Shown: piece after piece, positions 44,018 through 54,209 of the stretch
How the letters are laid out: the number at the start of each line of letters is the position of its first letter
How positions within the stretch are numbered: position 1 is the first letter of the stretch
Source of the DNA: Alphaproteobacteria bacterium
GTDB taxonomy: Bacteria > Pseudomonadota > Alphaproteobacteria > GCA-2731375
Assembly: GCA_965232515.1 (NCBI GenBank)
Contig: CBDDPY010000002.1
Span: 672,001-736,000 of the forward strand
DNA length: 64,000 nt
Direction of reading: 5' to 3'
Notes under the pieces: model-generated
Databases searched by the model: none
The model's input: the letters and a program-made list of their open reading frames with translations, nothing else
What the model was told of the DNA's origin: nothing
Made by a program: the position numbers and the translations under genes

Positions 44018-45085
44018 ATGCGCGTTCCTGACCAAGTTGCCATGGCCATCAATGAAATCTTGAAGGACGAGCACAATGACTTCCTTGGCCTCGTAGCAAA
44101 GTCCAACCTAGATCCTGCCAGCGATTTTCGGTCGGCGGATTTGAGCGGTTCGGATCTCTCAAGATGCGATCTGAGCCATTTTGATTTTGCTGAGGCCGAT
44201 CTGCGCGCATGCGACCTCACAAAAACGAGGCTGCCGTCGGGTATTGCTGTCGAACAGATCAATGGTTCTGTGCTGAATGACACCTGGATTGGCGACCAAC
44301 CGATGCGGCCCGAGGACTTGCCCAATTTGGGTTCGTTCCAGGAGGCGGAATTCGCGCCGGAGATGGTGGTAATCCCAGCGGGTCGGTTTTTGATGGGGTC
44401 GCCGGAGGATGAGGAACGGCGCCGTGATAATGAAGGCCCGCAGCATGAAGTGACAATTGACTACCGGTTCGCTGTCGGTCGATACGTGGTTACGTTCGAC
44501 GAGTTCGACATGTTCTGTTCGTTGACAGGACGAACAGGGTCGAATGACGAAGGCTGGGGCCGCGACCGGAATCCTCTGATCTACGCCAGTTGGGAGGATG
44601 CTCAAGCCTACCTCAACTGGCTGAACTTGAATTTGACGCGGGCCTTCTCGTCGCCGCCCTATCGTCTGCTATCTGAGGCCGAATGGGAGTATTGCTGCCG
44701 GGCGGGTTCGGAGAAACCGTTTAGCTTTGGCGAAAAGATTTCGAAGGACCAAGTGAATCACGGAGGCGTCCTTACCCTTACTGGTGTACAGGGGAATTCC
44801 TACCCGACTCGGACGTTGCCAGTTGGTACTTTGCCTGCAAACGGCTGGGGCCTTTTTGAGATGCATGGGAATGTCTGGGAGTGGGTCGATGACACGTGGC
44901 ACAATAGCTACGAGGGTGCGCCAACAGATGGCAGCGCCTGGACCGATGGAAAAGGAATGGGGCGTGTCTTGCGCGGTGGTTCCTGGCGCGAACCTATCAG
45001 AGGTGTTCGTTCTGCCAGCCGCACCGGGCGCATTTCTGGCGAGAGGCGCTTTGACATCGGTTTCCGCGTTGCCAAGACGCTCTGA
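44018..45085 (+). CDS. Pentapeptide-repeat + FGE-sulfatase (SUMF1/CLec-fold) domain protein
   Basis: ADLSG-SDLSR-CDLSH-FDFAE-ADLRA-CDLTK repeats; PEMVVIPAGRFLMGS, EGPQHEV, RLLSEAEWEY, NGWGLFEMHGNVWEW, RVLRGGSW, GFRVAK. Confidence 0.92.
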   Translation: MRVPDQVAMAINEILKDEHNDFLGLVAKSNLDPASDFRSADLSGSDLSRCDLSHFDFAEADLRACDLTKTRLPSGIAVEQINGSVLNDTWIGDQPMRPEDLPNLGSFQEAEFAPEMVVIPAGRFLMGSPEDEERRRDNEGPQHEVTIDYRFAVGRYVVTFDEFDMFCSLTGRTGSNDEGWGRDRNPLIYASWEDAQAYLNWLNLNLTRAFSSPPYRLLSEAEWEYCCRAGSEKPFSFGEKISKDQVNHGGVLTLTGVQGNSYPTRTLPVGTLPANGWGLFEMHGNVWEWVDDTWHNSYEGAPTDGSAWTDGKGMGRVLRGGSWREPIRGVRSASRTGRISGERRFDIGFRVAKTL

Positions 45086-45143
45086 CTGAAAGAATCGGTT
45101 GCCACCGTCGTCGATCCTGAATAGCCATCCATTGACCAATCCG

Positions 45144-45191
45144 AGCTTCAAACGTGTCTCTGTGGCGCGCCACGGAGACACGTTTGAAGCT
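45144..45191. repeat. 48-bp near-perfect palindrome
   Basis: AGCTTCAAACGTGTCTC-T-GTGGCGCGCCAC-G-GAGACACGTTTGAAGCT; single T/G mismatch. Confidence 0.95.
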
Positions 45192-45230
45192 ATCTATATT
45201 CGTTGCGCAGCCGTCGCATTGGGGCTTCTA

Positions 45231-45265
45231 GACATTAAGCAATTGCTTCTGCGGCGGCTTTTGAC
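45231..45265 (+). repeat. Copy 2 of imperfect ~35-bp direct repeat
   Basis: GACATTAAGCAATTGCTTCTGCGGCGGCTTTTGAC. Confidence 0.85.
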
Positions 45266-45378
45266 GACGCCGTGTGTCTGGTCGCGGCATGCGGGTGGGG
45301 ATGCATTGGGGCCACCAGAAACGAGTCTAGTCACGAGGGCCGGAGTCTGAATTCAAGGCTGAAAACTGGAGGCAAGCC

Positions 45379-46133
45379 GTAAACCGTGGCTTACTTGACG
45401 ACGAGCAATGGCAGCGGATCACCCCGCTGCTTCCCGGCAAGCCCGGTGGTCCGGGCCTCTCCGGCGACAACAACCGGCTATTCGTGGAAGCTATCCTGTG
45501 GGTGGTGCGCGTTGGTGCCCCCTGGCGTGACCCGCCGTCACATTTCGGCAACTTGAGCTCCGTGTGGAAGCGGTTCCGGCGCTGGGCCGAGAAACGGCGT
45601 GTTCGAGTGCATCTTCAGCGAACTCTCGCGGGATCCGGACTTCGAGTACGCCCCCGTCGTCGGCACCATCGTCAAGGTCCATCGCCACGGCTGCGGCGGA
45701 AAAGAGGGGGGCTCAAAATCAGGCCATCGGCAAATCGCGTGGCGGGCTGACCACCAAGATCGTCGTCCTGGCCGATACGCTTGGCAACCTGGCCCTCCTT
45801 GTCCTGCTGCCCGGCCGGCGCCACGAAAGCATCGGCGTCGAGCCGCTCATAACCAGCCTCGATGTCGATGCCATGATCGCTGACAAGGCTTTCGACAACA
45901 ACGCCGTGCGGGCCAATCTGAACGAGCGCGGCGCGGCCGCCGTGATCCCCTCCAAGGCAGATCGCAAAATCCACATCCCGCACGACACCGAGATGTACAA
46001 GTGGCGCCACCTGGTCGAGAACCCGTTTCAGAGATTCAAGGATTTCCGCCGCATCGCCACACGATAAGACAAGATCGACACAAGCTACGCCGCCGCAATC
46101 CAACTCGTCGCGGCATTGCTCGCCTTGAAGTGA
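45379..46133 (+). pseudogene. IS5-family transposase pseudogene
   Basis: LDDEQWQRITPLLP..EAILWVVRVGAPWRD..FRRW, then GKSRGGLTTKI, ADKAFD, YKWRHLVE..FRRIATR; GTA instead of a start codon after GGAGG, frameshift near 45595, in-frame TAA at 46065-46067. Confidence 0.9.
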
Positions 46134-46146
46134 ACGTCTACAGACC

Positions 46147-47262
46147 CTAGTCGATGCCGAGCTTGCGGCCGGCGAGTTCGGCAATTGCCAGCGACGAGGT
46201 CAGGCCGGGCGATTCGATGCCATAGAGGTTAACCAGGCCATCGACGCCATGGACCTCCGGTCCCTGAACGACGAAGTCCGCGGCCGGTTCGCCCGGCGCC
46301 TGAAGCTTCGGGCGCACGCCTGAATAGGCCGGTTGCAGGGCGCCGTCGGCGAGATCCGGATAGTACCGGCGTACCGCCTCGTAGAAGTCATCGGCGCGGG
46401 TCGGATCGACATCGTAGTCGATGCCGTCAATCCATTCCTGATCGGGCCCGAAACGGACCTGCCCCGCCAGATCGACGGTGACATGCACGCCGAGGCTGGC
46501 GCTCGCCGGCACGGGGTAGATCAAGCGACCAAAGGGCTGACGGCCGAGCAGGGAGAAGTAGCTGCCCTTGCAGAAGTATTGCGCCGGCACGCTGGCCGTC
46601 GGGATACCGTCGATGCTATGGGCGACGTTCTGTGCATGCAGGCCGGCTGAATTGACCAGCAGGTCGCAGGCAAGCCGCGTTTCAACACCCTGATCGTCGG
46701 CGACGCGAACTTCGATACCGTCGTTCGAAATCTGTCCGCCAACAATCCGGCTCATGAAAGCGATCATGGCGCCGTGGTCTTCGGCGTCGCCCTGGTAGGC
46801 CAGCATCAGGCCGTGGCTGTCGATGACACCCGTGGATGGCGACATCAGAGCGGCCGTGCAACGCAATGCCGGCTCGAGACGATGCGCTTCGTCGGCATTG
46901 ACGAAGTAGAGGTCGTCGACGCCATTCACCGATGCCCGGCGTTTGATGTCTTCGAGAACGGCGACCTCGTCGTCGCTGGTCGCGACGATCAGCTTGCCGC
47001 AGCGGATGTGCGGCACGCCGTGGCTGGCGCAATAGTCGTAGAGCGCGTGCTTGCCGGCGACGCACAGACGGGCCTTCAGGCTGTCCTTGGCGTAGTAGAT
47101 GCCGGCGTGGATGACCTCGCTGTTCCGCGACGACGTCTCGGTGCCAATGGCATCAGCCGCTTCCAGCACGACGACCTCGATGCCGCGCATCGCCAAATGC
47201 CGGGCCACCGCCAAGCCAACGACGCCGGCTCCGACGACCAGACACTGAACCCGATCGGTCAC
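46147..47262 (-). CDS. L-2-hydroxyglutarate oxidase-like FAD-dependent oxidoreductase
   Basis: [51 protein letters not shown]; start estimated at GTG 47262. Confidence 0.9.
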   Translation of the reverse strand: MTDRVQCLVVGAGVVGLAVARHLAMRGIEVVVLEAADAIGTETSSRNSEVIHAGIYYAKDSLKARLCVAGKHALYDYCASHGVPHIRCGKLIVATSDDEVAVLEDIKRRASVNGVDDLYFVNADEAHRLEPALRCTAALMSPSTGVIDSHGLMLAYQGDAEDHGAMIAFMSRIVGGQISNDGIEVRVADDQGVETRLACDLLVNSAGLHAQNVAHSIDGIPTASVPAQYFCKGSYFSLLGRQPFGRLIYPVPASASLGVHVTVDLAGQVRFGPDQEWIDGIDYDVDPTRADDFYEAVRRYYPDLADGALQPAYSGVRPKLQAPGEPAADFVVQGPEVHGVDGLVNLYGIESPGLTSSLAIAELAGRKLGID

Positions 47263-47445
47263 TTGAGCGTTACAAGGCCAGGCCCGGCAATGCCGCCGAA
47301 CCCTGATTTTGGCTTGATTATGGGCAGAAACATGGCGGCATCCTACCGGGATTGCCGGCCGAGGCAAATCGCACGGTCAAGTAGCTGTGATTTGCCTCGT
47401 CCCGGTATCCCGACGACGATTGCCGGGGCCGAGAAAGGACATCGA

Positions 47446-48429
<984 letters not shown>

Positions 48430-48594
48430 CGACGAATTCGTAATGCCCGGCAGGCGCACGCCATCGGCCGCGCGCCTGCGACGATTGCGACCAATCGGCC
48501 CCGAATCTAGCCACTGGACAGCGGCAATTCGAATACAATCTAATTAGTTAGCTGAAACACTGTCGCGTCGGCAAGGCACGGGATCGAGAGCGAG

Positions 48595-49302
48595 ATGGCT
48601 CAAGACAAACGACCGGTTCCGAAGCAAGATGATGACACCGACGTCCGCTCGTTCTTGAACAAGGTGGCCGCGACGCCGGTGGTCAAGGCCGCAGGCGTGC
48701 GCGGACGGCTGCTGTTCGGTATGGATGCGACGGCCAGCCGCGAGCCGACTTGGGATACGGCCTGTCAGATTCAGGGCGACATGTTCGCCGAAACCGCGTC
48801 TCTGGGCGGTCTCGACGTGCAACTCGCCTATTATCGGGGCTTCCACGAGTTCAGAGCGACGCCCTGGGTATCCAGCTCCGCCGACCTGATCCCCTATATG
48901 ACCCGCGTCCGGTGCCTCGGCGGACATACGCAGCTCGAGCGCTTGCTGCGTTACGCCGCGAAGGAAACGAAACAGAAACGGATCAACGCCCTGGTGTTTA
49001 TCGGCGACGCCTTGGAGGAGCAGGTCGATTCCGTATGCGCCGTGGCCGGGGAATTGGGGATGCTGGGCGTGCCTTGCTTCATGTTTCACGAAGGGCACGA
49101 CCCTATCCCATTGCGGGCTTTCAAACAGATCGCAACGTTGACGAACGGCGCTTACTGCCGGTTCGATGCCTCCAGCGCGGCGATGTTGAAGGAGCTGCTG
49201 AGCGCCGTGGCCGTCTTCGCCGCCGGTGGCCGGCCGGCTCTGGCCGACTACGGCAAACGCCGCGGCGGCGCCGTGCTGCAACTCGCGCATCAGGTGAAGT
49301 GA
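48595..49302 (+). CDS. VWA domain protein
   Basis: [11 protein letters not shown] (MIDAS-like), [20 protein letters not shown]. Confidence 0.85.
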   Translation: MAQDKRPVPKQDDDTDVRSFLNKVAATPVVKAAGVRGRLLFGMDATASREPTWDTACQIQGDMFAETASLGGLDVQLAYYRGFHEFRATPWVSSSADLIPYMTRVRCLGGHTQLERLLRYAAKETKQKRINALVFIGDALEEQVDSVCAVAGELGMLGVPCFMFHEGHDPIPLRAFKQIATLTNGAYCRFDASSAAMLKELLSAVAVFAAGGRPALADYGKRRGGAVLQLAHQVK

Positions 49303-49318
49303 CCGCGCTGCTCGACGA

Positions 49319-50068
49319 ATGATCGGCTTCTTTATCCTCGGTATCTGTCTGATCGCCGCGATATTGCTGGCGGGCAAGTGGTTCGTGAACGCCGATCCGG
49401 CCAAGCTGGCGAAGCTGGTCCGCTACGTGCCGGCAGGTATCCTTGGCGCGGCGGCCCTGTTTCTGATGGTGACCGGCAAGTTTTTTGCCGGCGTGCCGCT
49501 GGCCGCGCTGGCGCTGAGCTTGATCCGGGGCTGGCGGCTGCCGGGTTTTCGGTTTCCCACCGGCGCGGGCCCGGCGTCCGGACAGTCATCGAACGTCGAG
49601 ACCGAGTATCTGCGGATGACGCTGTCGCACGACAGCGGCGTGATGACGGGAACCGTCTTAAGAGGCGCCTTCGCGGGTCAGGAACTGGGCGAACTGAACA
49701 TGGATCAGCTTGTGGCGTTGATGTCCGAGTGCGCCCGCGAGGACCCGGGATCGGCGCAACTGCTGGAGACGTATCTGGAACGCACGGTGGGGCCGGACTG
49801 GCGCGACCAGGCCCAAGGGGCCGCGGCCGGGGAGGCGGCGGGAGACGCGCGGTCCTCGAAATGGGGCGGCAGCGCGGGCGCGAGCGCCAATACCCCCATG
49901 ACCAGCGAGGAGGCCCGGGAAATACTGGGCGTGGCGCCCGGCGCCAGCAGCGACGAGATCAAGGAAGCGCATCGGCGGCTGATGCTGAAAGTGCATCCCG
50001 ACCAGGGCGGGTCGACCTATCTGGCGGCAAAAATTAACCAGGCCAAGGATATATTGCTGGGCGTATAA
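49319..50068 (+). CDS. Membrane-anchored J-domain (DnaJ-like) protein
   Basis: N-terminal TM helices; C-terminal [34 protein letters not shown]. Confidence 0.9.
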   Translation: MIGFFILGICLIAAILLAGKWFVNADPAKLAKLVRYVPAGILGAAALFLMVTGKFFAGVPLAALALSLIRGWRLPGFRFPTGAGPASGQSSNVETEYLRMTLSHDSGVMTGTVLRGAFAGQELGELNMDQLVALMSECAREDPGSAQLLETYLERTVGPDWRDQAQGAAAGEAAGDARSSKWGGSAGASANTPMTSEEAREILGVAPGASSDEIKEAHRRLMLKVHPDQGGSTYLAAKINQAKDILLGV

Positions 50069-50281
50069 CTGGCCGAAGCCGAGGTAGCCGCCGTCCGTGA
50101 CATTCCTGGGTCTGTGACCGCTGACACTTGCGCGGTGATATCCGCCATGGCAAAACCGCGCCGACGTCGCGGAAATCCGAGTGTTTTCGAATAGTTGCGC
50201 GTCTGACACGTTGCTGTCGTCGATACCGTATTAACCATAAATCCACACGCCTCCACCACGCCAAGACCTGCAAGGAAATCA

Positions 50282-51154
50282 ATGAAAGTTCGCAAAGCCG
50301 TCTTTCCCGTGGGTGGCCTCGGCACCCGGTTTCTGCCGGCGACCAAGGCGCTGCCGAAGGAGATGCTGCCGATCGTCGACAAGCCGCTGATCCAATACGC
50401 CGTGGAGGAGGCCCAGGCGGCCGGGGTCGAGGAATTCATTTTCGTCACGGGCCGCGGCAAGAGCGCGATCGAGGACCACTTCGATTTCTCGTTCGAATTG
50501 CAGGAGACGCTCAGTTCCAGGGGCAAGACCGAGGAGCTGGATTCGATCAGCCATTGGCTGCCGCCCGCCGGACAGGTGGCCTATACCCGGCAGCAAGAGC
50601 CGCTGGGCCTGGGCCACGCCGTGTGGTGCGCGCGTCATCTGGTCGGCGACGAGCCGTTCGCGATTTTCCTGGCCGACGACCTGATCCTGAGCAAGACGCC
50701 GGCACTGAAGCAGATGGTGGAGGTTTTCGCCGAGACCGGCGGCAATGTGGTCGCCGTGATGGACGTGCCAAGAGAACATACCCAGCGCTATGGAATCCTC
50801 GATGTCGCCGCCGACGATGGCCGGCTGGCCGAGATCAAAGGGCTGGTCGAGAAGCCGCATCCGGATGCGGCGCCGTCCACCCTGTCGGTCATTGGCCGGT
50901 ATATCCTGCTGCCCGAGGTGTTCGAGTATCTGAGCGCCATGGAGCGTGGCGCGGGCGGCGAGATCCAACTGACCGACGCCATGGCGAAACTGATCGGCAA
51001 GTCGCCGTTCCACGGCCTGCGGTTCGAAGGCCGGCGTTTCGATTGCGGCGACAAGCTGGGATTTCTGCAGGCGACCGTGGCCTTCGGTTTGGAACGGGAC
51101 GACCTGCGTGACGGATTGAAGGAATTTCTGACGGAAGTAGCGACGGCCGGTTAG
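50282..51154 (+). CDS. galU: UTP--glucose-1-phosphate uridylyltransferase
   Basis: KAVFPVGGLGTRFLPATKALPKEMLP, RQQEPLGLGHAV, VEKP, GEIQLTDA. Confidence 0.97.
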   Translation: MKVRKAVFPVGGLGTRFLPATKALPKEMLPIVDKPLIQYAVEEAQAAGVEEFIFVTGRGKSAIEDHFDFSFELQETLSSRGKTEELDSISHWLPPAGQVAYTRQQEPLGLGHAVWCARHLVGDEPFAIFLADDLILSKTPALKQMVEVFAETGGNVVAVMDVPREHTQRYGILDVAADDGRLAEIKGLVEKPHPDAAPSTLSVIGRYILLPEVFEYLSAMERGAGGEIQLTDAMAKLIGKSPFHGLRFEGRRFDCGDKLGFLQATVAFGLERDDLRDGLKEFLTEVATAG

Positions 51155-51204
51155 CCGCAACTATCGGGGCGCCGGGCTGATATCGTAAGAAGGAGAGGGC
51201 CGCT

Positions 51205-52554
51205 ATGCGTGTGGCGATGATTGGAACCGGATATGTCGGCCTGGTGTCCGGCGCGTGCTTTTCCGAGTTCGGGCATGACGTGGTCTGCATCGACACCGAT
51301 GAGACCAAGATCAAGACCCTGAAAGACGGCCGTATCCCGATCTACGAGCCCGGCTTGGACAAGCTGGTGGAGAGCAACGTGCGGGCGGAACGGCTGTCGT
51401 TCACGACCGACGGCAGCGAGGCGGTGGCGCAGGCCGACGCGGTGTTCATCGCCGTCGGCACGCCCAGCCGGCGCGGCGACGGCCACGCTGATCTGAGCTA
51501 CGTGCATCAGGCGGCGCGCGACATCGCCAAGCATCTGGATGGCTATACGGTCGTGGTGACGAAATCGACCGTGCCGGTCGGCACCGGCAGCGAAGTCGAG
51601 GGCATCATCCGCCAGGCCCGCCCGGAGGCGGAGTTCGACGTCGCGTCCAACCCGGAATTCCTGCGCGAGGGCGCGGCGATCGAAGACTTCATGCGGCCCG
51701 ACCGCATCGTCGTCGGCGTCGACAGCGAGCAGGCGCGCGAAGTGATGCGCGAGCTTTACCGGCCACTCTATCTGCGCGAGACGCCGTTGCTGTTCACCGG
51801 CCGGCCGACGGCCGAATTGATCAAGTACGCCGCCAACAGTTTTCTCGCCACCAAGATCACCTTCATCAACGAGATCGCCGATCTCTGCGAGCAGGTGGGC
51901 GCCAATGCGCAGGAAGTGGCCAAGGGCATCGGTCTGGACGGGCGCATCGGCTCGAAGTTCCTGCACCCCGGTCCTGGCTACGGCGGCAGCTGCTTCCCGA
52001 AGGACACGCTGGCGTTGCTGCGCACCGCCGAGGCGGCGGGCACGCCGCTGCGCATCGTCGGCGCCACGGTCGAGGTCAACGACGACCGCAAGCGCCGCAT
52101 GGCGGACAAGATCGCGGCGGCCTGCGGCGGCTCCATCCAAGGCAAGACCATCGCGGTGCTGGGGCTGACATTCAAGCCCAACACCGACGATATGCGCGAC
52201 TCGCCCAGCCTGGAAATCGTGCCGGCGCTGCAGCAGGCCGGCGCGACGCTCAGGGTCTACGACCCCGAGGGCATGGAGGAAGCCAAGAAGCTGCTGAAGG
52301 ATGTGATCTGGTGCGACAGCGCCTACGAGACCATGGGTGGCGCCGATGCGTTGACGATCATCACCGAATGGAACGAATTCCGGGCGCTCGATCTGGATCG
52401 CGTCAAGGCGCTGATGCGGGAACCGATCATTGTCGATCTGCGGAACATCTATCCGCCGGAGCAGATGATCGCCGCCGGCTTCCGCTACGAGTCGGTGGGT
52501 CGGCCGCTGAACAACGACGCCAACGACGTCGTGTCGAGCGATGCAGCGGCATAA
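51205..52554 (+). CDS. ugd: UDP-glucose 6-dehydrogenase
   Basis: [40 protein letters not shown]. Confidence 0.96.
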   Translation: MRVAMIGTGYVGLVSGACFSEFGHDVVCIDTDETKIKTLKDGRIPIYEPGLDKLVESNVRAERLSFTTDGSEAVAQADAVFIAVGTPSRRGDGHADLSYVHQAARDIAKHLDGYTVVVTKSTVPVGTGSEVEGIIRQARPEAEFDVASNPEFLREGAAIEDFMRPDRIVVGVDSEQAREVMRELYRPLYLRETPLLFTGRPTAELIKYAANSFLATKITFINEIADLCEQVGANAQEVAKGIGLDGRIGSKFLHPGPGYGGSCFPKDTLALLRTAEAAGTPLRIVGATVEVNDDRKRRMADKIAAACGGSIQGKTIAVLGLTFKPNTDDMRDSPSLEIVPALQQAGATLRVYDPEGMEEAKKLLKDVIWCDSAYETMGGADALTIITEWNEFRALDLDRVKALMREPIIVDLRNIYPPEQMIAAGFRYESVGRPLNNDANDVVSSDAAA

Positions 52555-53923
52555 CTTCGACGCGACCGTCCTCCGCGAATACGACATTCGCGGCGTTGTC
52601 GGCAGCACGATCGGTGAGGCGGATGCCTATGCCATCGGCCGCGGCTTCGCGACCATCGCCGGCCGCAACGGCGGCAAGCGGGTCTGCGTCGGCTATGACG
52701 GCCGGCTGACCTCGCCCGGCCTGGCGGACGCGCTGATCGAGGGGTTGCGGGCGGCAGGCGCCGACGTGCTCAGGATCGGCCGCGGCCCGACGCCGATGCT
52801 CTATTTCTCGGTCTATCACCTCGGCGCCGACGGCGGCATCATGATCACCGGATCGCACAATCCGCCGGACTATAACGGCTTCAAGATGATGCTGGGCAAG
52901 GGGCCGTTTTTTGGCGATCAGATCCAGGAGATCGGCCGGCTGGCCGCCGGCGGAGATTGGGCCGACGGCGCCGGCGGGCTCGAGGATGTCTCGGTGTTCG
53001 ACGCCTATGTCGACGAGCTGGCCGCGGCCTACACGGCGGACAAGCCGCTCGCGGTTGCCTGGGATTGCGGGCACGGCGTCACCGGCGACACCATGCCGGC
53101 CCTGATCGGGCGGCTGCCGGGCCGGCACTCCATGCTGTTCGAACGGGTTGACGGCTCGTTTCCGGCGCACCATCCGGACCCGACGGTCGAGGAGAACCTG
53201 GTCGACCTGCAAAAGGCGGTCGCCGACGAGGGGCTCGATGTGGGCATTGCCTTCGACGGCGACGGCGACAGGATCGGCGTGATCGACAATCTCGGCCGGA
53301 TCCTGTGGGGCGATCAACTGCTGGCGCTGCTGGCCCGCGACGTGCTGCGGGACCGGCCCGGCGCGACGATCATCGCCGATGTGAAGGCGAGCCAGGTGCT
53401 GTTCGACGACATCGCCAAATCGGGCGGCACGCCGATGATGTTCAAAACCGGTCATTCGCTGATCAAGAGCAAGATGGCCGAGATCGGCTCGCCGCTCGCC
53501 GGCGAGATGAGCGGTCATATCTTCTTCGCCGACAAGTATTACGGCTTCGACGACGCGCTCTATGTGGCGGTGCGGTTCCTCGATATCGTCGCACGCAGCG
53601 GCAAGAGCGCGGCCGAGCTGCGCGATACGCTGCCGCAGGTCGTGAACACGCCGGAAGTGCGGTTCGACTGCGACGACGCCACGAAATTCAGCATCGTCGA
53701 GGACGTGAAGGCGCGTCTTGCCGAGCAGCAGGCCGATGTCAACGATATCGACGGCGTCCGCGTGACGACGCCCGACGGCTGGTGGCTGCTCAGGGCGTCG
53801 AACACGCAACCGGTGCTGGTTGTGCGTTGCGAGGCGGCGGACGAGGCCGGGCTCGGCCGGCTGAAGTCGGCGGTGAAGGACGCGCTGGCGCCGAGCGGCA
53901 TTGCCGCGCCGGCGGGTTTCTGA
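52541..53923 (+). CDS. Phosphomannomutase/phosphoglucomutase (AlgC/ExoC-like)
   Basis: [35 protein letters not shown]. Confidence 0.95.
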   Translation: MQRHNFDATVLREYDIRGVVGSTIGEADAYAIGRGFATIAGRNGGKRVCVGYDGRLTSPGLADALIEGLRAAGADVLRIGRGPTPMLYFSVYHLGADGGIMITGSHNPPDYNGFKMMLGKGPFFGDQIQEIGRLAAGGDWADGAGGLEDVSVFDAYVDELAAAYTADKPLAVAWDCGHGVTGDTMPALIGRLPGRHSMLFERVDGSFPAHHPDPTVEENLVDLQKAVADEGLDVGIAFDGDGDRIGVIDNLGRILWGDQLLALLARDVLRDRPGATIIADVKASQVLFDDIAKSGGTPMMFKTGHSLIKSKMAEIGSPLAGEMSGHIFFADKYYGFDDALYVAVRFLDIVARSGKSAAELRDTLPQVVNTPEVRFDCDDATKFSIVEDVKARLAEQQADVNDIDGVRVTTPDGWWLLRASNTQPVLVVRCEAADEAGLGRLKSAVKDALAPSGIAAPAGF

Positions 53924-53926
53924 GCT

Positions 53927-54109
53927 CTACGGCGCCGCGCGAAGGAGGCGCGCTTCGCTCGCGGTGATGATTTCGGGCGATGCGGCTTTGTCGCCCGAGG
54001 CGGCCGGTTGCAGGGGCAGGGACAGCACCAGCGCGATTAGCGTCGCGGCGGCCGCCAGGCCGAGCTCGATGAACAGGTTGCGGCGCTTGGCGCTTCCGAA
54101 TTTGAACAT
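53927..54109 (-). CDS. Small hypothetical membrane/exported protein (60 aa)
   Basis: GGGAG RBS ~10 nt upstream, basic N-terminus then LGLAAAATLIALVLSLPL; fills the gap between pgm and MFS genes. Confidence 0.55.
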   Translation of the reverse strand: MFKFGSAKRRNLFIELGLAAAATLIALVLSLPLQPAASGDKAASPEIITASEARLLRAAP

Positions 54110-54209
54110 TCCAAATAGGCTCCCAGGGGGACAAGGTTCCGTGTCTGACGGTCATTTTTGGGGCGTTAACTTTTCCGCTTGATGTCCGTATCGGGGAAAA
54201 ACGTTTCGC

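Larger units (their letters stand above)
43087..46150. mobile_element. IS5-family-end-bounded insert with two passenger genes and a decayed transposase
   Basis: CTAG at 43087-43090 and 46147-46150; 43087-43106 matches the reverse complement of 46131-46150 at 16/20; AT-richer interior. Confidence 0.7.
45219..46150 (+). mobile_element. Degenerate IS5-family (IS427-group-like) insertion sequence
   Basis: Decayed left end 45219-45238 (13/20 to reverse complement of right end), right end TGAACGTCTACAGACCCTAG, transposase remnants inside. Confidence 0.85.

Noticed and set aside
44018-45085. Active formylglycine-generating enzyme
   Set aside because: Catalytic Cys pair after RGGS is absent and no sulfatase is adjacent
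43099-45265. Direct repeats as phage attL/attR
   Set aside because: No integrase or phage genes; the repeats begin within sequences matching the IS terminal inverted repeat
43190-46150. Complete diversity-generating retroelement
   Set aside because: No reverse transcriptase, Avd or template repeat in the window; the nearby direct repeats are IS ends rather than VR/TR
50231-50238. TTAACCAT CtrA half-site upstream of galU
   Set aside because: Single 8-mer without a second half-site; too weak to call
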